Shown piece after piece: positions 44,572-48,979 of a stretch of DNA of 48,979 nt. Both the position numbers and the translations under genes were made by a program. Below the pieces are notes generated by a model. That model was given only the letters and a program-made list of their open reading frames with translations, was not told where the DNA came from and searched no databases. The DNA is from a virus. Lineage: Duplodnaviria; Caudoviricetes. Each line of letters starts with the position of its first letter. The stretch's first letter is position 1. Location of the stretch: the IMG/VR virus record IMGVR_UViG_3300038406_000110, positions 1 through 48,979 of that record; one strand, written 5' to 3'.

Positions 44572-45509
44572 GCCGCTGCTCCCTTCTTCGATTCCTCATC
44601 TTCGAGGGCAGAAATAAGATTGGACGCTTCGTGCTTCTTCAGGTTCTTGATGGAGTCCAGTTTCTCCAACTTCAGGGCCTTGATGACCCATGCTCTCTTT
44701 TCCTCGCGGTCCGTGATCCCGAGGGAACCGAACGTGGCCTGGATCTTCGCTATCTGTGCGGGGGTGATCGCATCGGGATCTTCCTCTGGCGGAGTGGATT
44801 CGCCCTCCGCCGGAGGCGGCACATCCGCGCCCGAGTTGAGCCACGCCAGCATTTTCTCCCCCGTTTCCCTCACGGGCTTGAAATACACACCGTCGAATTG
44901 AGAGGTGCGATCCTTCGACGTGGACGCGGTATGGTCTATCGAAAGGTCGAAGAACACCGTGAACTCGTACTCCATCCCCTCGCGCTGAATCGGAGCCATC
45001 CCAACCTTGCGCGGGGCATCCTTCCCCTTGTCGTTCTTCTCGATGACGTACTCCGTCTTCGACCGCACCGTGGCGATGATGTGACACCCGCTCTGCAGCA
45101 TCGCCTCCACAAGCGCGTTGTGCTTCGGGGTAATCGTCCGCCACGCCGTGTAGGAGTTGCCCCTCCCGCTGTCGGCGATCTTCCCCTGCTGGTCGAGGAG
45201 TCCACCTTCCCCGGACCATGCGTGAGACAGGGAGTCGATGATGATGGTCGAGTACCCCGCCTTCTCCGCCGCCTTGATCCCTTCGATGTACTTGTCCGTG
45301 GTGAAGGGGGATTTGATCGGGAGAACGTCATACTCCCCGAGATCCGCATACAGATCGGCGGAGCCGTTCTCCGTGTCGATCACCGCAACCCCTCCCCCGA
45401 GGCCGAACGCCAGCAGGAGGGCGGAATACGTCTTCCCCGATCCCGATGGGCCGGAGATTCCGCATCGCAACTTCGCTTTCTTCCGTTCCGCTTTCCGAAA
45501 CTCCACCAT
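44568..45509 (-). CDS. Sak4-like AAA ATPase (phage recombination protein)
   Basis: 'GPSGSGKT', 'IDTENGS', 'IIDSLSHAW', 'QREGMEYEF'; adjacent to ssb. Confidence 0.85.
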   Translation of the reverse strand: MVEFRKAERKKAKLRCGISGPSGSGKTYSALLLAFGLGGGVAVIDTENGSADLYADLGEYDVLPIKSPFTTDKYIEGIKAAEKAGYSTIIIDSLSHAWSGEGGLLDQQGKIADSGRGNSYTAWRTITPKHNALVEAMLQSGCHIIATVRSKTEYVIEKNDKGKDAPRKVGMAPIQREGMEYEFTVFFDLSIDHTASTSKDRTSQFDGVYFKPVRETGEKMLAWLNSGADVPPPAEGESTPPEEDPDAITPAQIAKIQATFGSLGITDREEKRAWVIKALKLEKLDSIKNLKKHEASNLISALEDEESKKGAAA

Positions 45510-45703
45510 CACCAGCACCTCCCGTTTATCCGGCACCATTGGTCCCGGTCATATCTGCGTGACGCCGCCCGCCTGTTCCAGTCCTTATCCTCTTCATCGC
45601 GTAAGAACTCCGCCCACGTCACCCTGTACTCGGAGCACTTGGAACAACCGCACTCATCGCGGTCATCGCCCGTATCAGGGCATTCAATGACGGGCTTGCT
45701 CAT
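45509..45703 (-). CDS. Small Cys-containing hypothetical protein
   Basis: MSKPVIECP...CGCSKC; coupled to both neighbours. Confidence 0.5.
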   Translation of the reverse strand: MSKPVIECPDTGDDRDECGCSKCSEYRVTWAEFLRDEEDKDWNRRAASRRYDRDQWCRINGRCW

Positions 45704-45792
45704 GACGTGAACCAACCGACGAACGTCCACATGATGATTGCCGTGACGAACGCCGACACCACACAATCGATGATAAGGTCGCGGATCATCAT
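45700..45792 (-). CDS. 30-aa membrane peptide (not in the ORF track)
   Basis: MMIRDLIIDCVVSAFVTAIIMWTFVGWFTS*, with ATGA overlaps at both ends. Confidence 0.45.
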   Translation of the reverse strand: MMIRDLIIDCVVSAFVTAIIMWTFVGWFTS

Positions 45793-45986
45793 CGCCCCAC
45801 CACGATGGATCGCCGCGCGCGCCACCAGCTGGCAAGCATCGTCGGGTGCGGCCTCGGATTGTCCACGGCCTCCGCCAGCATTTCCTCCCGGCGCTTCTTC
45901 CGATGCGCGAGTATGCGGGCGTCGTCCTCTTCCTCGGTTGCGATCACTCGCAGGCGAACCATGCCGACGCCGATTCGGGATATCAT
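45789..45986 (-). CDS. Hypothetical protein, first gene of the early left operon
   Basis: AAGGAGG RBS before ATG 45986. Confidence 0.55.
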   Translation of the reverse strand: MISRIGVGMVRLRVIATEEEDDARILAHRKKRREEMLAEAVDNPRPHPTMLASWWRARRSIVVGR

Positions 45987-46231
45987 GTGGCCCTCCTTTA
46001 TTGGTCGATCGCCGGGGGTGATGGCTTGGCTCTTCCTCTTCGGCACTAGCGGCTATCTAATAAGCCGATCCGCCGAAGTCCTGTGGCCATCCTTTCCCTG
46101 ACCAGGGGGTTTGCGCCCCCGGCGACCAGCTCGCGTCGAGCTTTCGCAGCGCGAGGGTGTTTCAGCGGCGGCTCCGTCCTCGCCGGGAGCACGACGGCCC
46201 GTGGCCTACGGGCGGTAACGCCGCGGTACAA

Positions 46232-46416
46232 GATCGTTCAAAGGTGCGGCGGGTCGGATTCCCCACCCGACTCCTCGTAGCGCCTACGAATCACGCTTCA
46301 CGGGTACTTTCTGCCTAACAGGGCCGTACGCTCCCGTTCTCTCGGTCAGAGATAGTTCCCGGCATCCCCGCTACTCACCATGCGCTGACCCGCAACCGCC
46401 GCACCTTTCAAAGATC
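46232..46416 (-). ncRNA. Putative structured RNA in the early-left leader
   Basis: 21-nt inverted repeat with a 13-bp perfect core encloses several hairpins. Confidence 0.45.
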
Positions 46417-46622
46417 CGTGGAACTGCGGGGGCGGTCGCCAACACGCCCCCATCCTCCGGTTGGTAACTGCTGGCCTCTAGCGCATCGGCCATCCTACGG
46501 TGCTACCCCTCGGGCCGTGCCATGTGTCCGCTTGGTCCGGAGCCACTTACCGCGACCAGCAGGGCCGGTGCCTCGGTGTGCTTCCCCGCCTATATGACGG
46601 TTTAGGGCTCTATCTGAATGTG

Positions 46623-46673
46623 ACGGTATCACGTGCAGGAATATCGTGTCAAGGAAAATCGATAGGAGTGATA
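46623..46673 (-). promoter_or_regulatory. Leftward early promoter (PL-like) with two 17-bp operators
   Basis: TTGACA, 18-nt spacer, TACCGT with extended TG; operators at 46627-46643 and 46657-46673. Confidence 0.7.
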
Positions 46674-46693
46674 CAAAAAGTTAAAAAAAATTT

Positions 46694-47017
46694 CTATTCG
46701 CCCTTCACGACCGTTGCATCCACGTAGCCGTGAATTAAAATCTTCACCTTTCCGCCAACGGTGATCGCGGGGGGAGTACCCTCTACGCCCTCGGGGTGGA
46801 TGTTCTCTACTGACATGGGGGGCGGTTTAAGCCCCGCCAATGCGTTAAGGTCTATCTTCGTCTCTTTGGCAAGGGCCACTACGTTATCCCAACTTAAACC
46901 TTTCTTTCCCGCAAGGAAATCCGATAGATGGCTCTGTTTAATCCCCGTCATGCGGGCAAGTGTGATCTGATCCACCTGGTTTTCCGTCATCCAGTCTTTA
47001 ATCAGGCCGCGTTCCAT
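46694..47017 (-). CDS. CI-like XRE-family HTH repressor (short, no S24 peptidase domain)
   Basis: 'QITLARMTGIKQSHLSDFLAGKK' HTH; GAGGAGG RBS; divergent from the Cro-like gene. Confidence 0.8.
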   Translation of the reverse strand: MERGLIKDWMTENQVDQITLARMTGIKQSHLSDFLAGKKGLSWDNVVALAKETKIDLNALAGLKPPPMSVENIHPEGVEGTPPAITVGGKVKILIHGYVDATVVKGE

Positions 47018-47058
47018 TGGTTGCCTCCTCGCCAGACAAGATCAACCTTTGCCAATGG

Positions 47059-47148
47059 ATTATATCACGTTTGGGGATAATGGCAAGTGTTATTTCATAT
47101 CGCCCCGGTAGATTTCCCTTGACGCCGTATTCCTATGCGTGATATGTA
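47059..47148. promoter_or_regulatory. Divergent PRM-like and PR-like promoters with three 17-bp operators
   Basis: TTGCCA-16-TATAAT on the - strand (47086-47059); TTGACG on the + strand at 47119; operators at 47063-79, 47098-114 and 47128-144. Confidence 0.7.
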
Positions 47149-47172
47149 ATATCTAAAACACGGGAGTTTCGA

Positions 47173-47373
47173 ATGAGGTTGGGTGATTGGATGAAATCGA
47201 ATTGTGTCAAGCAGGTGCAATTATCAGTAATGGCGGGGGTTGGACAACCACATATATCCGACTTCCTCAATGGCAAAAAAGGATTCGGCAAACACAACGC
47301 CGCCAGGATCGTTGCCGTCACGAAGGGAAAGGTGAAACTGGAAGAATTGCTATTTCCTGAGAAGCAGGACTAA
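47173..47373 (+). CDS. Cro-like HTH regulator
   Basis: 'QVQLSVMAGVGQPHISDFLNGKK...IVAVTKGKV..EEL'. Confidence 0.8.
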   Translation: MRLGDWMKSNCVKQVQLSVMAGVGQPHISDFLNGKKGFGKHNAARIVAVTKGKVKLEELLFPEKQD

Positions 47374-47772
47374 TTGTCCTGCCCTTTATCCAGCCTGCCC
47401 GATAAGTGCCTCGAATTGAAGCGCTTACGCAATATCCGTCGTAAATATCCAATGGAATCAATTCCGTGTGACTACTGTCCGCACGCCCGATACAACGCCA
47501 TGTGCGCCTTTGTGCCCGAACCGGATGAGGCAAGGGAAGGATGGCACTACCAACCGAAGATAGATCCACACGATTTCGAGGACGCCACGGAACAAACGAC
47601 GCCCGTAAAGAGGGGCAGGAAATCGACCGGAGCGACCGGGACATGCGCCAGGGGCCACACACGCGACAAACACGGCTACCCGAGGCCGGGCGGCGGCGGA
47701 TGGAAGTGCCGGTTGTGTGAGGCGGCGTCTGAGCGGAAGCGATACCACGCCAGGAAGGAGACTACAGCATGA
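47374..47772 (+). CDS. Hypothetical Cys-rich protein
   Basis: CDYC and a C-terminal 'CARGH...WKCRLC' Zn motif; start codon uncertain. Confidence 0.5.
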   Translation: MSCPLSSLPDKCLELKRLRNIRRKYPMESIPCDYCPHARYNAMCAFVPEPDEAREGWHYQPKIDPHDFEDATEQTTPVKRGRKSTGATGTCARGHTRDKHGYPRPGGGGWKCRLCEAASERKRYHARKETTA

Positions 47773-47987
47773 AGTGCTCGTGTGGTCGACCGAGGCCATT
47801 GAACCCGTCAATCATCGGAATCCAGGCGGATTATCAGAACACACCCGCGTTAATCCTTTGGAATTGCCAATGTGGTTCGACGAGGGCGATCAAGTGGGGC
47901 GAAGCGACGGAGCCACAGCGGGCCGAAGGGCGGTTGGCGGAACTGTCGAGGATGAGTCAATGCGAGATGGCTGTGTGGCCGAATTGA
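47769..47987 (+). CDS. Small Zn-binding hypothetical protein
   Basis: AAGGAG RBS; CSCG...NCQCGST. Confidence 0.6.
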   Translation: MKCSCGRPRPLNPSIIGIQADYQNTPALILWNCQCGSTRAIKWGEATEPQRAEGRLAELSRMSQCEMAVWPN

Positions 47988-48184
47988 CCATCCCCCTCAT
48001 TTCCTACTGGACCGTCTCCGGTTGGGTGATGGGTTGGGGCGGCTACCCGTGGGTATGGAGGGAAGACATGAACCCCTGTTAACGATGCCCCTGGTATCGC
48101 CGCTGGCTGTGCTTCGTCGCCTGCGATGAACTCAGCGACATTCTATCTAGGATCGACCGGGAGTTGAGGGAGAGAGGGGAGTAA

Positions 48185-48460
48185 ATGATTGATATAAACG
48201 CATCGAGGAAAAGTAACGGTGTGGGACGACACGACCAGATAATCCATTTTATCAATGGATCCAAGCGGCTCATCCAAGGAGTTGAGTATATTTGGGAAAA
48301 CGAAATGACACACATTGTTGATTATTTGGGCGTCGAGTACATCGTCAACAAATCAAACGTGCTCTTTGTTGAGCGAATCTCCAGAGGAGGAGAAGGAAAT
48401 GGAAAAACTGATGACCGCCGTCGCCGTAAGGGAGCCGGAAACAGTAGAAGGCGTTCTTGA
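48185..48460 (+). CDS. Hypothetical protein
   Basis: GGGAG RBS; beta-rich N-terminal part; 3' end overlaps the next gene. Confidence 0.45.
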   Translation: MIDINASRKSNGVGRHDQIIHFINGSKRLIQGVEYIWENEMTHIVDYLGVEYIVNKSNVLFVERISRGGEGNGKTDDRRRRKGAGNSRRRS

Positions 48461-48899
48461 TGCCCCGAACCAGTTGGTCGAGATGAGGGATACGCTCACC
48501 CGATTGGGATTCAAGGTGGCGACGAAGAAACTGGAAACGGCGCAGAAACTCGCCATTGCCTACGCGAAGTATGGGTTCATCGGGCAGGACAAGGTGGACA
48601 AGTTCAACGACAAACTGCGGGAAGAAACCCTCCGGGGGGACACAAGGGCGCGGGAATACAAAAGGCTCCTGTTCACGCCCATTGACGGATACCCGAAGAT
48701 CCCGCCGCAAGAAGTATTACAACGACTGGAGCAAGCGATGAATGACAACATCTTCGACACCTACGAGGTGGCAACGATCCAATGGATCAAGGAAGTAATC
48801 GACCCTATCATCTTCGGTCGAATAGACGGTTGTCCGGACAGGTTCTTTATAGCCCAATGGGATGACGACGTGAGGATTGAGGATATTGTCGGGGCGTAA
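48399..48899 (+). CDS. Conserved phage hypothetical protein
   Basis: GGAGGAG RBS; 'Y...PP.EVL' and 'DPIIFG...FFIAQWD' pattern. Confidence 0.7.
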   Translation: MEKLMTAVAVREPETVEGVLDAPNQLVEMRDTLTRLGFKVATKKLETAQKLAIAYAKYGFIGQDKVDKFNDKLREETLRGDTRAREYKRLLFTPIDGYPKIPPQEVLQRLEQAMNDNIFDTYEVATIQWIKEVIDPIIFGRIDGCPDRFFIAQWDDDVRIEDIVGA

Positions 48900-48979
48900 G
48901 GGGATCAAAACAGAAAGAGGGCTTCTTCCGAAGGATTTATTGAACGACCTTGCGCGGGAGGACAACGTAAAGAAGAGGA

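Noticed and set aside
44631-45710. 359-aa plus-strand ORF and similar long antisense ORFs (e.g. 41610-42386, 21541-22434, 37920-38564)
   Set aside because: These are shadow frames opposite well-supported genes and carry no recognisable motifs.
46232-46416. Canonical tRNA gene
   Set aside because: There is no GTTCRA T-loop or standard cloverleaf spacing and the element is too long. It is kept only as a putative structured RNA.
1-48979. Stop-codon reassignment
   Set aside because: Core genes (TerL, portal, MCP, tail) are full length in the standard code, and all three stop codons terminate genes.

Overview
This window is most of a temperate, podovirus-like (P22/SU10-type head, short tail, ejection proteins) tailed phage or prophage genome. 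The + strand from about 1 to 41 kb holds the late operon: a TerS candidate, accessory genes, TerL, portal, scaffold, major capsid, a cluster of methyltransferase, glycosyltransferase and B12 radical-SAM genes, tail and adaptor proteins, beta-helix proteins, three ejection proteins, a tailspike and lysis genes. The - strand from 41 to 46.6 kb holds an early operon: DNA adenine MTase, Lar-like protein, tyrosine recombinase, SSB and a Sak4-like ATPase. A lambda-like CI/Cro switch with five 17-bp operators lies at 46.6-47.4 kb. I recognised no replication genes, so the genome is probably incomplete. The standout feature is a self-contained cassette between the portal and scaffold genes (12342-13954). 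It consists of a sigma70 promoter, a structured leader, a lone RAMP/Cas7-like gene, a non-coding array of about 730 bp and a strong terminator. The array has 18 units, each GGC followed by 5-13 pentamers ending in RY. This looks like a non-CRISPR, RNA-guided system with a gapped guide code. Other oddities are a LAGLIDADG endonuclease that has displaced and replaced the 5' end of the endolysin gene, two probable ATA start codons, an Fn3 domain apparently split between two genes 13 kb apart, and several beta-helix proteins with signal peptides. All calls come from reading motifs by eye; no searches were run.
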